64,000 bases of DNA, taken from assembly GCF_009914755.1 (NCBI RefSeq), contig NC_060928.1. The stretch is one strand, 5' to 3'. The stretch is from the human T2T-CHM13v2.0 reference genome, Homo sapiens. Position 1 is the first letter of the stretch. Each line of letters opens with the position of its first letter. The notes beneath the pieces are model-generated. The model was not told the DNA's origin. It saw only the letters and a list, made by a program, of their open reading frames with translations, and made no database searches. A program made the translations under genes and the position numbers. This document shows positions 28,980 through 44,094 of the stretch, one piece after another.

Positions 28980-31285
28980 TTACAAACATCAAGGTAACAG
29001 CTAGCATTTATTGGGAGCTATTATAGGCTAGGCTCTATGCTAAACTTTCATATTTAATTTTGTCCTCAAAATGACCCTCCAAGGTAGCTGGTAATGTCTC
29101 ATTTTAGTAGAAGAGGAGTCGAGGTTCCTAGAGCTCAGGTGGCTTGCCCAAAGCAGTGCTTGCAGCTTATTTCAGCATTCCAAGCTACAGAGTTCCCCAT
29201 AGGTTCTGTCAGCATCACACATTCATAGCTTCAGCTGCCTAGCAGTTAGGGCTGACTTTCTCCTGATAGTTGTGACCAGCAACGAGAGTTCATCTCTACT
29301 CTTTTAAAGGTTATTCTGTTTTAGTTACTGCTCCAGATCCCTGGCTCCCTCCGGATGGAATGTTTGTGGTCTAGTAAGCAGTACTGGGCTCACTCTCATA
29401 TCTTTGTACTTCCCTCCCTCCCTCAACCTGCACACACTAAACAATTTTCTTACACTGAAATGCAATTAGCAGTCCTGGCAGTTTATGCAAAGGTTGGGAT
29501 TTATACTCGTCACACATTTACCAAAATGCTTTATTATTGAGCAGAGTGCCTGATGGATCCTGAATATGCCTTTTTTTTAAACAAAAAAGAAATCTTGTAC
29601 TTTCTTTTTGTACAGTGTTTGCAGTTAATGAAATCAATGCCTTAATTACCTATCAGAAAGGAATGAGATGGTTCTAATATGGGTTCTAGTGAAATATGCC
29701 CTCGATGATAAAAGTTAGTTGCAGAACACTATGATCCCACTTAAAAAAATTGGTAAATTACCATTAAGTGTACACAAAGAACTACACAACAGAAAAGCCA
29801 GATTGTTAACTGTAGATGTTTCCAGGGATTATGGGCAACTTTATGTTTTCCTGTTTTTCTTTTATGTGGATGTGTATTGAACTAATTTTTAGAAACCGAA
29901 GATAATTAAAGAGTACATTTTGTAGCTGTGTTCAAAAAGGATAGATTATTGAAAAACGGTAAAACATGAATATTTGTTTTCCTTGGTTCTTGAGGTTAGC
30001 CCTTTTATGCCAAGGCAGGATGCCTCAGCAGCAACTTAACGAGCCCAGAAGAAGGGTCTGACCTGGCTCCCTGGCAGGGAGGGGGAGGGAGAGAGCAAAG
30101 TGTTCTTCTCCTTCCATCTCCCCCGCCTTTCTGTTCAGCAGTAACCGTCTTGCATCTTCTTGGTTATGAAATGATTGACCTTTCTGTTGAGCCTAACAAC
30201 ACCTCTGCTGGTGCTGGTTTGGATTGGAGGCCCCAGGATGCGGAAAAAGGGTGTGTAAGAGGAGGGTGCTCCGGAGATATAAATGTGTGCTTTATTTTCC
30301 TCCTAAAGCAAGAGGATAGGGAAGGGAAGAATGCAAGAGCAAAGCTTACATTTTTCAGTAGTTGTTGCAATTCTGATACATTGATCTCATTTGTTGTGGT
30401 TTAAATACACAGAGTGAGAGCGTAAGGTGCTGGCTGTCTGGGGCTAGTTCTACCTGAATCTTGGGTATTGTACATTATGTGAGAATTAAGGTTATGATTT
30501 GATTTGAAAGACTAGGCTGTTTGCAGCTTCAGTAGGGAGTGTTCAGAGATGTATTCCTTCCCTGGTGTTTATGTCTGGGTGTGCTTGTGATCCCCTAGCC
30601 TGGCTTCTGAGACAGCAGTGCAGCCTCCTGGGGGATATCTCTGTTTCTTGTGGCTTCTGGCCTGAGCCCCGTACAGGGAACTTTTCTTTTCTCCTTAGTT
30701 CCTCTGAGGGAGGAAAGCTTTATCTTTTACCTTAGAAATGAAGTCCTGCCCTCAGAGATCTGGCTAAAACCCAAAAAATTCCTTCGCTGTGTTTTTCATT
30801 GAGGCAGATTCTGTTTATAGGTAAGCAAAGCTGGATGTGAACCCCAGAGAGCCAGCAAGGCCATGTGACTTCTCAGCTGCCCCAGTCACTGGGGAGCAAC
30901 TCCAGTCCCACTGCTGCCATGCCAGGGGACTGACATGGAGAAGACATGATGCCATGGTAGAAAACCGCATTTCCAGAGAAGCACAGTCACCTCTGAGTGA
31001 CACATTAGACCCATGTGTGAGGCGTTGTGTAGATACTTTGCAAATTACCCGTGTTTTTTGGTCCTATTTCTTTGTCCACTTGTATTGTATGTGATTACAG
31101 CCCTTTCTCATTTTACATAGCAGGGAGCAGAGAGGGCATGGGAATAAGGTGCAAGCATTCAAACATGAATTGCAGTTTGGCTGTGGTTGTTAAAAATTTT
31201 TGATATGAGCTAAAATTTTATTAAATCTCCTTTTTTATGGAGAAAAAAATAGAATCAGTTTGGAATTCCAGGAGGCTTTGGTGAC

Positions 31286-32235
<950 letters not shown>

Positions 32236-32275
32236 TGGTGACTGGTTTTATTTTAAGAAGGGCGGGGTTTGGTAA

Positions 32276-32713
<438 letters not shown>

Positions 32714-35349
32714 TAGCACTTGCTTTCCACCCTGTTTAGTCATTTATGTGCTGCTTTATTCCCTCTGTCTAGACAGATTCAGTCTTTTTTGTCTTTGCCA
32801 GTTTGTTCATCTCTGCGGTAAGCATGGTAGGGATCTGTGCAGTTTGGCTGCCCTTCGTGCTGTTCACAGTTTGCCAAGGGCCTCCATAATGAAATGGATT
32901 TGGGTAGGATGGTGCTGTGGGTGGCATGCGGAGGAGGCCTTCCTATGAAGCACTGCCTTCCCTGGGATGTGACAAAGGACAGCTGATGAAGCCAGGCTTC
33001 TGGACTCTGGCTGCCCATTAGAACAGCCAGGGTAGGGCACTTTGAAAACTGCGGGAGTGAGGGCCCCACCTCCAAACAAGCTGCTTCATTTAGGTGGGTG
33101 GACCTGGACATCAGGGCTTGAAAATACTGGCCATTCCCATGTGCAGGCACATTTGAGTTGAGAATCAGTGCTTTCAGTGAAGGGGCTGGACTTTGAGGAC
33201 TTATATTCTCATCCAGATTGAATATTCAGTGATTCCGTGAAGTCTATCTATATTTATGCTGGCCACCCAACATTTTAAGTTTTAAAAACTATTTTAGAAA
33301 ACCTACGAAATAATTTCGTATCCTTACAGTGCAATCTTCCTTTTTCTTTCTCACCTCCTCCCACCCTCTTTTAGCTCCTACAGCCATTCGATTACTTCTT
33401 TTGTGGTTTCATAGTTTTAAATGTTTGTAGAAAGGTGTTGGTCAGTCAGAAGGTTGTAGTGAATCTTTTAAACAATTATTTTGGAGTACAAACTATGTTT
33501 TGTGTTTGCATAGACCATCTCTGTGGGGTTTAAAAGCTACTAACAGCTTATCCAATTTGCCATTTCACAACCAGGGAAGCTGAATAATGCTACTTCTTTT
33601 TTACATGGGATGAAAGATCAAGACCCAAAGGACAGAAAGATAAGGCAGAGGGGATGAAAAAGGGGCCCCTGTGTCAGGGGCTAACAGTCATTAGCACTTC
33701 ACCTATGCCCAGATGCCTCCTCAGCCAGCTAACAGGGACACCTGATCGCTCCTTGGCAAGATGTAACACATTAATCTGACCTGTTGTCTAATTGTAAGCA
33801 TGAAGCAGGCATTGAGGCATTAGATCACCACAGCATGAAGCAAAAGAGCCAAGACAGACCACTGCACAGGAGCGGCCTTCTGTGCCTTCGCCCATGTTTG
33901 TGTTCTGGCACCTGTCACCTTATATTGGAAATCACATATGCGTGAGCCTCCTAAAGTCAGAGGGAATCATGTCTTACTCATTGTAGGAGGCATATTCAAA
34001 TCTTCATGATTGAATCTAGTCCTGTCAGGCTGAGCTGCTGCATAATATGAATGTTTACCTGTGTCCTATCTAGATAGCAACTGATGGTATTTTCTGTTTA
34101 AATGATTTAAGTAATAGGCACTCATATTTTCTCAAGTGTTTTGCATGAAATTTAAGGCATGTAAGATAGAGTGAGGAAATACTTGGTTTAATTTAGTTTT
34201 TACCCCCTTCCTTTATACCTTACGACCAACAAATACAAATAACTGCTTGTCAATAAAAACAAGCCACAAATCTGTTCCTTCTGGACAATGATTACGTAGC
34301 ATTTTTTTTGTGTGAAGTGCTCATTTGAACTCCTTACAATGAGAAAGCATTTCATCTAAGGGAAAAAACACAATGTGTCCGGCCATATTTTTGAAGTCTT
34401 AGAATGTGTTACCATCATATAACGGGAAAAATGCTAGAATTTTAAATACACAGTGCTTCAGACTTATTTAATATTTGTTTCTTACTTGTTGACAGAAAAA
34501 CAAAGCAGCAAATGTAAAGTAAAATGACTTTTTATTCTAAATATTGTTTCAGGAGCTCTTTCCTAAATCCTTGTGAATAAAATTACACTTGCAGTGTATT
34601 TATAATCCTTTATAATCCCTAAATCCTTAAAAAGCAAGTTGACCCAAATGTTTAAATAAGGACTTTATTTACAGAACTGAATATTTCTAATTCTCTTGGG
34701 ATGTCATTATCTGGCTACATATGAAACAGTATTCACTTATGCATGCTTCAGAAACTTCATACATTACTGTGCATTTGTTAGTATGTGAACAAAGAAACTT
34801 GTTTTGGTTGTGAGCAAAATGCAGACTTACTTTCAAAATTGAGTTTTAGTATAAACTCAAATAGGTTGGCAGAAGAGGAGTTTAATTTTTATGTATCTAA
34901 ATAAGGCCTGTTTCTTCATTAAAAGAAAATTAAAACTAAGCCCCACACCCTTATTGAATCTGTCCCAATAAGATGCTTTTTGGGTTCTTGTTTGTGCTAT
35001 AGTTGGTTTTGATTTACTTCGTCTGCAAACAGAAATGACGTAGATACTATTGCTCCAACAAAACTAAAAAAAGATTTTCACTAAAAGTACCCAGATCATA
35101 TCAGTGGGAATAAATCCACTGGCCTCAGTGTATTTGCCCAAAAAGGATCTGTGTTTTGCAGTAAATATTGTAATTGGAAGTATATGTTCTTTTAGACTAA
35201 ATAAAGTTTTACTTGAGGACATTTTTCAGTTAGGCATGTTTATTTTGGGGGTTTAGTATTGTCTTCCGCCTTATTTATTTTTACTTATCTGTATGAGCCA
35301 AAGCTCCAGCCAGCTCTCTCAGCCCTTATCCTGTTGTAAGTTGCTGACT

Positions 35350-36035
35350 CCTTTTCTTGAAGATGGAGTGTCCCCTTTCTGGGCGTCTCTAACCTCATCC
35401 TTGCCTCCCCCCAGGTCCCCATCTTCTCTGCCTGCGATTCCTTAGTTTCTCTACACCTGAAATGTTGGGGTATCCCAGGAGCCTGTCTTGGCACTCCCTT
35501 CCTTTACTTTCCCTCCCGGATGTGAGCTGCTCATGTCCAGCTTAGACTCCCTGTCTTGGACTCTAGGCCCACTTACCCAGCTAGATGCCTTTACTTTCAA
35601 GTCCTCCTGGTCTTAACATAGACAAAAGCAGAACTCATTGCACTGTCTCCCCAAACCTTCTCCACTCTGCACTCCCTCTGTGAACTAATGGCACAGTCAT
35701 CCACACAGAAGCCTAAGCCAGAGCCCTGGGTACCACGCCCCATCTTCAATATCCTCAGCCCCCTATCCAGGTCACCACCAAATCCTGTTAGTCCTGTCTT
35801 CCAGAATCTTTCATTCAGCCTTTCTCTCAGCCTTCCTCTCAGCCTTCAGTGCTTAGTTCTTTCTCAGTTCAGGCTCTCAACATGCCCCATCTCAATTACC
35901 GTAAAGGATCCTAATTAAACCTCCTCCTCCGGGCAGGGACTCATTTACATTCATCTTATATTTCTGAATCCCTGGCTCTGGCATCTAGAGATGCCTAGAA
36001 AAATGTATAGAAATAAAATGAAGTAAATGACTGAA
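35350..36035 (+). mobile_element. L2 3' fragment (degenerate)
   Basis: Pyrimidine-rich L2 motifs ending ...AGAGATGCCTAGAAAAATG...AATGAAGTAAATGA. Confidence 0.5.
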
Positions 36036-36145
36036 GTCCTCCATGCAAATAGGTGAGTCCAGGACAGAGTTAGAAGGATAAAGAATTCAGGATTTTATAA
36101 CGAGTGGACATTATGCCTTCATTTTTTAGAAAATAGTGCCTCAGA

Positions 36146-36504
<359 letters not shown>

Positions 36505-37349
36505 TTACACACAGATAGAACCCATTTTTTATTTAGTCTCTTAGTATACTTGACTAACTTAAAGTAATGTTTAAATGGAATTAGGCTTTTTAACTATTTG
36601 CAATTTGTTGTTGAAACTATATTTGGCAATATGCCCTTTGCCTTCAAATGTTCTGAAATTGTTAGACCTCAATTATCTCCTTTATATCTGTATTACACAT
36701 AACTTCTTGGTGCTTCTGAATGACGGGGCACACCTTACCCTGAGCATGAGAACCTTGAGCTCAATTATGCCTGAATACTAAAACTTAGCAGAGCAAGGAG
36801 AGAGAGACTTTGGTCTTTGACTAAAGTGTGTCTTTTTAAGATTCTGAGTAAAGGATAGGAGAGATTGGTCCTTGGAAAAAAAACTACCACAACCTCGATT
36901 GTGACCAAGTTATGAGGTATTCTTCAGTTTCTTCTGACCCTGGGAATCCAGGGGACAGTTAAGTGATCTACTTTGTGTCATCTTTTTGTTTGTACCATTT
37001 ACTACTGAGTCACCAACAAATTCATGTGACTTCACACATTTTCTCTCTCCTTTGATACATAATGAAAGACATCACTGCTCACTTCAGATGCAGCAGAAGA
37101 CACAGCATGTAGAAATGTCAGGTATTTTCATAAGCCTCAGAGGACTGAATAAGCTTTGAATTTTCTGTTCAGAGTGGGGTTAGTAATTGGGAAGACTCAC
37201 GTGACTTGATAAAATAATCTTACACACTTGCTTAGAAGAGTGGCAAGGTTCTTGTATAAATTGATTATTTTTGTTTGACAAATGTTCTTTACAGAAATCA
37301 CTTTTACCAGGAAAATCTTATAAACTCCTTTTTGGAGAGTAACTATGGC

Positions 37350-37650
37350 TTTTTGTTGTTGTTGTTGTTTTTTGTTTTGAGACAAGGTCTCAGTCACCCA
37401 GGCTGGAGTGCAGTGGTACTGTCTTGGCTTACTGCAGCCTCCATCTCCTGGGCTCCAGCAATACTCCTGCCTCAGGAGTAGTGGGGACTGCAGGCGCACA
37501 CCACCTTGGCTGGCTCATTTTTGTATTTTGTATAGAGACGAGGTCTCGCCATTTTGCCCAGGATGGTCTTGAGCTCCTGAGCTCAAGCAATCCGCCTGCC
37601 TTGGCCTCCCAAAGTGCTGGGATTACAGGTGTGCACTAACATGCCCAGTC
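37350..37650 (-). mobile_element. AluJ-like with (TTG)n tail
   Basis: Reverse Alu; TSD-like TAACT(A/G)TGGCT. Confidence 0.93.
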
Positions 37651-37857
37651 TAACTGTGGCTAAGTTTTTACCAGGCTTCTGTTGTGAACCATTGGCAAAG
37701 ATGTGAATGAAACCTAGACTTCATGCTCTCTTCTCTCTGTCCTGTCTTCTTTTTATAATTGACCAACAGTTTTTAGGCCTCTGTATGATGTATGATTATT
37801 TGGCAGTATAAAAGTGGGCTATAACCAAGCAAATGCTCAGTGCAGACAGATGCTTGA

Positions 37858-38181
<324 letters not shown>

Positions 38182-39584
38182 TTAAAATCATTTAGGTCTC
38201 ATCAGGTATCAATTATTTAAAATGTAAAACTTTCCTAAAGATCTTTTGACTCTTTGTGTGATAAAATACCTTGAAAGAATAGTCATAATCTTTATGACAG
38301 AGAGATCTTTAAGGTGTATTTGATATGAAGTCACAAAGAGAAAAATCTTTCGAGTCATTGGTTTTGGGAATTATGTCATGAACACTGAATATAAGGATAC
38401 TTTTAAAATTTAAAACCACCTCCTTTACTGTATGTGTTGATCTTTGACCTGAATTGGAAGGGGGATTTTTAAAATTTCTCTATAATGTTGTTAAAAAGAC
38501 ATAGGGCCTGTGGGTATTGGGCCTTAAATTGAATTTTCCTTATATAGAAAAATGGAAAAAATTGGTTTAGGTGTTAGGTCATAACAAAAAGTAGGCCCTT
38601 TTGAAGATTAAATTTATGCCTGCCTTGGCCTTGTTTAAATCCATGCCTGGCCACAAATATTAGTGTTGTGGCTGTCCATCATCTGAGCAATTGCACAGCT
38701 GTTTCATTCACTGCCGTGCGGATTCATCTTTATGTCTATGCTGCTTTGAAGAACCTTCTCAGAGGTTAATGATGAGAGGATGTAGCAGTAGGGACAACAC
38801 CGTGGCAGATGAGGTCTTTTATTACATTCTTTTAATCATGATTTTCAGCATTAGAAACCAAAAGCTTTATAGTCTCCATGTGAAGAATCCCTGGTGAGCC
38901 TGTTTGCTGTGATAATATTAGTCATGGGTTACTCAGTCCTTGATTAAAACCTCCTAGCTTTGTTGACTTGCTAGTCACTATTCACCTGCTAGGAAATATA
39001 GGACTGAGTTGTCATGGAAGGAAATAATGGTGCTGGGATTTGAATAAATAATTTATGAGATAATTTCAGAGCCTTTGTCTTCTTCATCCCACCATTTATT
39101 AAAGAAGACTTTCCAAAGTATACTGCCATGAGATCTAGAATAATTGAGTCATGTTTTGTGAACCACGTTGGAGACAGACTTCTCTGGGAGGCGACAGCTT
39201 CTCCAGAGGAGGCCTTTAGCTTTGGAGTGGGACCAGCCTGGGCTTGAATCCAAGGCCTGCTAGGTTGGGCTGTGTGTGTTCCCGGGCTGGTGGTTTAACC
39301 TTGCAGGGTGCTGTGGGCATGTAAATCCTCCAGCGCAGCCCTTGGCAGGTAAGAGGTGCTTCATAAGTGTCGTCCCCCTTCTCTTTTCTGTGGAAGCTGT
39401 GTGTTCACCTCCCATGGGAAGACATTCCTAGTCCCCTCCCGTGGGCTCCTCCTCCAGTGGGCTCCTCCTCCAGTGCTCCGCAGTGGAGTAGCCAGCGGGG
39501 CGTCCCGAAAGAGCATGGTGCATTCATTCCGTGAGTGCCAGCCACACTGCATGTTCCAAATAACACGCCTCTCTCTCTCCTCAG

Positions 39585-40049
39585 GTGCCTGAGATCATCA
39601 GCTCCATCCGTCAGGCGGGGAAGATCGCCCGGCAGGAGGAGCTGCACTGCCCGTCCGAGTTCGACGACACGTTTTCCAAGAAGTTCGAGGTGCTCTTCTG
39701 CGGCCGCGTGACGGTGGCGCACAAGAAGGCTCCGCCGGCCCTGATCGACGAGTGCATCGAGAAGTTCAATCACGTCAGCGGCAGCCGGGGGTCCGAGAGC
39801 CCCCGCCCCAACCCGCCCCATGCCGCGCCCACAGGGAGCCAGGAGCCTGTGCGCAGGCCCATGCGCAAGTCCTTCTCCCAGCCCGGCCTGCGCTCGCTGG
39901 CCTTTAGGAAGGAGCTGCAGGATGGGGGCCTCCGAAGCAGCGGCTTCTTCAGCTCCTTCGAGGAGAGCGACATTGAGAACCACCTCATTAGCGGACACAA
40001 TATTGTGCAGCCCACAGATATCGAGGAAAATCGAACTATGCTCTTCACG
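39585..40049 (+). CDS. TBC1D1: TBC1D1 internal coding exon (canonical exon 3; 465 nt, phase 0/0), includes the Ser237 motif
   Basis: ctctctctcctcag|GTG CCT ... TTC ACG|gtaaaa; VPEIISSIRQAGK...RPMRKSFSQPGLRS...ENRTMLFT. CpG-rich exon. Confidence 0.98.
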
Positions 40050-41089
40050 GTAAAATATCACCCAGCTCGTGCACAGCCCCAGTCTGCCATACGCTTTCAA
40101 GAGAAAATCTGCTTTATGGAGCGAAGATTCTTAGTCAATTGCTTTTGATTTATGTGTGAATCCATATATTTTCATGCTGAACAATTCTATTCTTAGGATA
40201 AGCTCCTTCCTTTAGCCATAAGCCTTTACAGTCATCAGGGAGAAACATGCCCATGTGTAATTTTTATCTCACCCGGTAATTATAAAGACACCTTTTCAGT
40301 GTGGAAAGAACAGTGAAAACGTGTAAATGAGACCAGCAGAGAGATTTAAAAAATATATATGAATTTCAGATGATATATTTCAACAGAATCTTTTAGTTGG
40401 AAAACACCCTCTCTACTATTAATATTTTTATTTATGAAACATTTACCCTTTGCTAATCAGGAAGAGTGGCTTTGTGAGTGACATTATATTTGAAATTTAT
40501 ACCCAAACTGAAATATTAATTTAGCCAATGGCTTGCTTGCTTTTTTTTTTTTTAGAAAAAAAGTGTTAAATTGACAGCCAAATGCTAGAAAAGGACTGAA
40601 CATGGGGGGCTGTCCCAGGTGGGTGGGGTTCCTGGTTCCATGCTGATCTGGGCTCTTCTGAATGGGTGTGCCCTCCCTGGGAGTCCCCTGGGTCTGAACG
40701 GATGAGATGTGGAGCTGTCCCGGCAGCGAGCCGGTCTCTGACAATGGAAGAGCTAGTTTCTTCCTTGGCCTTCTCTTTGGCTTAATGCTGACTGACGTTC
40801 TGTAGAGAACAAAATTATCTTAAATATAAAGTCTCCTTCTTGTGTCTAATTCAGGGCACAGGTGAGATGGCCAGGGGGTAAAAAACCAGCTACCTAGGTT
40901 AGTGCAGTGTGGATGTGTGCAGGTTTAAAACCAAGGGGGTGCACCCAAGGGTAAATAGGGCTGATGTTTTCATCTTTTGACCATTGATCTAGTGTACCGA
41001 AAAGAGTAGTCAGATTTGTGCTTTAATTTGTGATCTGCATCTTTTAAAAAAACTTCCTTGGTGACATTGAGAAAGCTGCTCCCTGCATT

Positions 41090-42150
41090 TATTTATAAGT
41101 ACTGACTGTTTGACTGCTGTGCTAACGTCCCTTGCCACATGCTGGAAATGCAGCCGTGAACAAGACAAGTATGTTCTCTGCCCACATGGAATTTAGATTC
41201 CAGTAAGGGAGACAGGCAACTGAGTGCACAAATAATTATCTAATTATAATTGTGGTAAATGCCGTGGAGGAGAAGTACAGCATGCCTGAGAGCATTTCTC
41301 AGGGTAATCAGGAAAGGCTTCTTTGAGAAAGTGATTTTCACCTAACACAAGGTTTCATTGTGGCCACCTGGGAAGGTCTTCTGGGCTCACAGAGCAGCAG
41401 ATGAGAAGGCCCTAAAGGCAGGGATGGTGCCTGGTGCCTGGAGAATCCCAGAGGCCTGACTGCCTCCTTTGCTCAGCATTCTTCCCTCGAGTTGTCACGG
41501 TCTTACCTCCTCTTGCTTCCTTTAGGTCTCTGCTGAAATGTTGACATGGAGGAATAATCGTATCAGTAAGACCAATAGCAGCCTCACTTCCTGCTTTTTT
41601 GCTTTATTTTTCTCCATGGCATTTTTACCATTTGACACAATTACAAATAAACAAGTAAAAGATTTTATGTCCCACATGCCCCCAAGAAGATAGGCTTCAA
41701 GAGGGCATGGATTTTCATTTCTCTGTTCACTGCTGTCGTTGGTAGTGCCTAGAGCACAGCTGTTGGGTGAGAAATAATTCCAGATGGCCGCACTGAAAAC
41801 AAGGAAGGATGGTGCGTAGAGATGGGGCTGGGACTGGAGGCAGCCCCATGAAAGTTGTTTTCATCAGGCACAACTTTATGGGTCTTGGTCAGGGTTTTGT
41901 TTTTTATCCTGAAAGGAGTGGGCAGTCACTGCATGCTATAAAACACAGTGTGAAATATCTTTGGCTACAGAGCCAGGATACTTGGGGGAGGGCAAGAGTA
42001 GGATGGGGAGGGGAGTGAAGCTGTTGTAGTAGTCCAGGTGAGAGATAGTGGGGTTGTGGTAAGTGCAGTGGGAGTGGAAGGGACAGACATGCAGAAAGTC
42101 AAATTAATGGGATGTACAATCCTTTGGATGCCATGGGGAAGGAGAGGGAT
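41090..42150. mobile_element. L2 fragments (mixed orientation, degenerate)
   Basis: TTTATT..AGTACTGAC..TGTGCT...GTGAACAAGACA...GGGAGACAG and CTTCAAGAGGGCATGGATTTT...GTTCACTGCTGT..GTGCCTAG motifs. Confidence 0.5.
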
Positions 42151-43429
42151 CTCAGGAGCCCCACCCAACTTTGGATTCTGACTTGCTCTTTACAACCCAG
42201 CCATAGCTAAGTAATAATGCCTTGGAGCCTCTCACCTTATGAGATTTTCAAAGGTTATTTTTAAAAATAAGTAAGGACTATCTTCATTATGTAGGTAAAG
42301 ACAGTGACTTCTAAAGAGACTAAACATACTCCAAATAGATACTTATTCGTTGTTTACAAATAAGGAGGATATTGTGTTGGCTCCTACTCTAGAGAGAGAC
42401 ACAGTCTAGTTTAGAAAGATGTTGCATGTTAAAAATGAATTAGTTTTTCATCATCCTTGGTCTCCACAGAAGGACAAGAGTAAAAGGCTACCTGCCACTC
42501 TCTGCTGGCTGAAATACAGTTCAGAAACAGTAAGTGTGCAAAAACAATTCAGAATGCAAAGTCCTTGCCCCAAACAGAATGCACGTTTCTTGGGCCCCCT
42601 CATTGAGAGTATAATTCCCCTTGACTTACACCCCAGTTTCCAACAAGCTTGTGTATCTGATTTGTATTTTACATCAAAGCGTAAAGAGTTTAGAGGAGGA
42701 GATGGGTCTGGGAGTTAAGAATGGCAGCGTCAGGATGTGACCACTGACTTCTTGGTCCTGAGGAGAAACTAAAGCTGTAGAAACCAACACACACTGAAAC
42801 CCAAGAAGCTTAGCGCTCCAGAGACGAGGAGTCTAAAAGGCAGCCTTTCACAGCCTGCAGGGGCGTGTGCACACAGAGTAGGTTGGGTATGGCAACACAG
42901 CAGTCTCCTATAATGCATGTCTATTAGCATGTCCCAAGGCAGTAAGAGGATTGTAATTGATGCTCATACTCTAACTTGAAAAGGTCCGGTCACTAGTGTA
43001 TGTGAATGCCTCACATGTAATATGTACTAAACAAATGGTAGATTCTTTTAACAATAATTTAAAAAGACTTGTCAGTAAAAATCATTCAAAAGTATCTTGG
43101 AAGCTTTGAAAGAGTAGATTCTGTTTTCTGGAAGGTTCACTTATGCGGAGACCTCAGTTTTTAGGGGGATGTGTGGATCTTGAGGCCTATTGCTAACTTT
43201 TGGATATCTGGTTCTTTCATCTCAAGGAAGATGGCTGTCTTATCTAGGTGAAGGCACTAATAGATGTGTCTTATGACCTGAAATCCAGAGGATAAGAGGG
43301 GACCTTTGAAATGATTTCTACGATGATAGAGTCAGAATTTTATAGGAGCTTGTCCCTTTTATTCTTTATTTTCATAGGTCATGAAATGAGAAAGTTTGAA
43401 AAGCTAGATTTTTTTGTTTGTCTTTTAAG

Positions 43430-43519
43430 ATTGGCCAGTCTGAAGTTTACCTCATCAGTCCTGACACCAAAAAAATAGCATTGGAGAAAAATTTTAAGGA
43501 GATATCCTTTTGCTCTCAG
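43430..43519 (+). CDS. TBC1D1: TBC1D1 coding exon (canonical exon 4; 90 nt, phase 0/0)
   Basis: tcttttaag|ATT GGC CAG ... TCT CAG|gtaaat; [30 protein letters not shown]. Confidence 0.98.
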
Positions 43520-43833
43520 GTAAATGGAGATGGGTTTTTTTATTCAATTGCAATGGAATTTTTAAATGAATTTCTATAATATCTATCATGTAACAAATGC
43601 TAAAGGTTACAAGGTGTATGTTTTCTAAGTACTGTACTTGATTTGTGTTTCGCTTTTCTTCTTTGCTTTGGTATGTTAAGGTAAATTATGAATATAATTT
43701 TGAAATTAAGAAATTTGCTCTTAGCAACAGTAATGGACAAAATAGATCTACTTTTAATTTTCTCAGTTATTGGTAGTAATAATCCACAGTCATGACTTCC
43801 AGATGCACATGTGTGTGTCTTTGTGCATATTAC

Positions 43834-44094
43834 ACATATATATTTACACATTTCACACAAATATATCTTTTTATTAGATATATTTCTACTTTACAAAAAT
43901 TTGTAACTTTTTTGGGTACCAATTGTCAGTATTCTCCCTTCAAATATAGATAGTGCTTATCTTTGACATATATATTTACACATTTCACACAAATATATCT
44001 TTTTATTAGATCTATTTCTACTTTACAAAAATTTATAACTTTTTTAGGTACCAATTGTCAGTATTCTCCCTTCAAATATAGATAGTGCTTATCT
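43834..44094. repeat. Tandem duplication, 2 x 129 bp (period 132)
   Basis: 43834-43962 vs 43966-44094, three substitutions by eye. Confidence 0.95.

Noticed and set aside
30171-30260. Possible extra first coding exon (MIDLSVEPNNT...EKGC|gtaaga, phase 0)
   Set aside because: Frame-compatible, but the exonic side of the donor is poor and no promoter evidence can be read; compatible with chance.
39441-39475. Short 11-16 bp duplications here and near 21799, 49716, 59551 and 60802
   Set aside because: Ordinary slippage-scale duplications with no sign of function.
39405-40100. 231-aa antisense ORF
   Set aside because: Shadow frame of the GC-rich TBC1D1 exon; no independent support.
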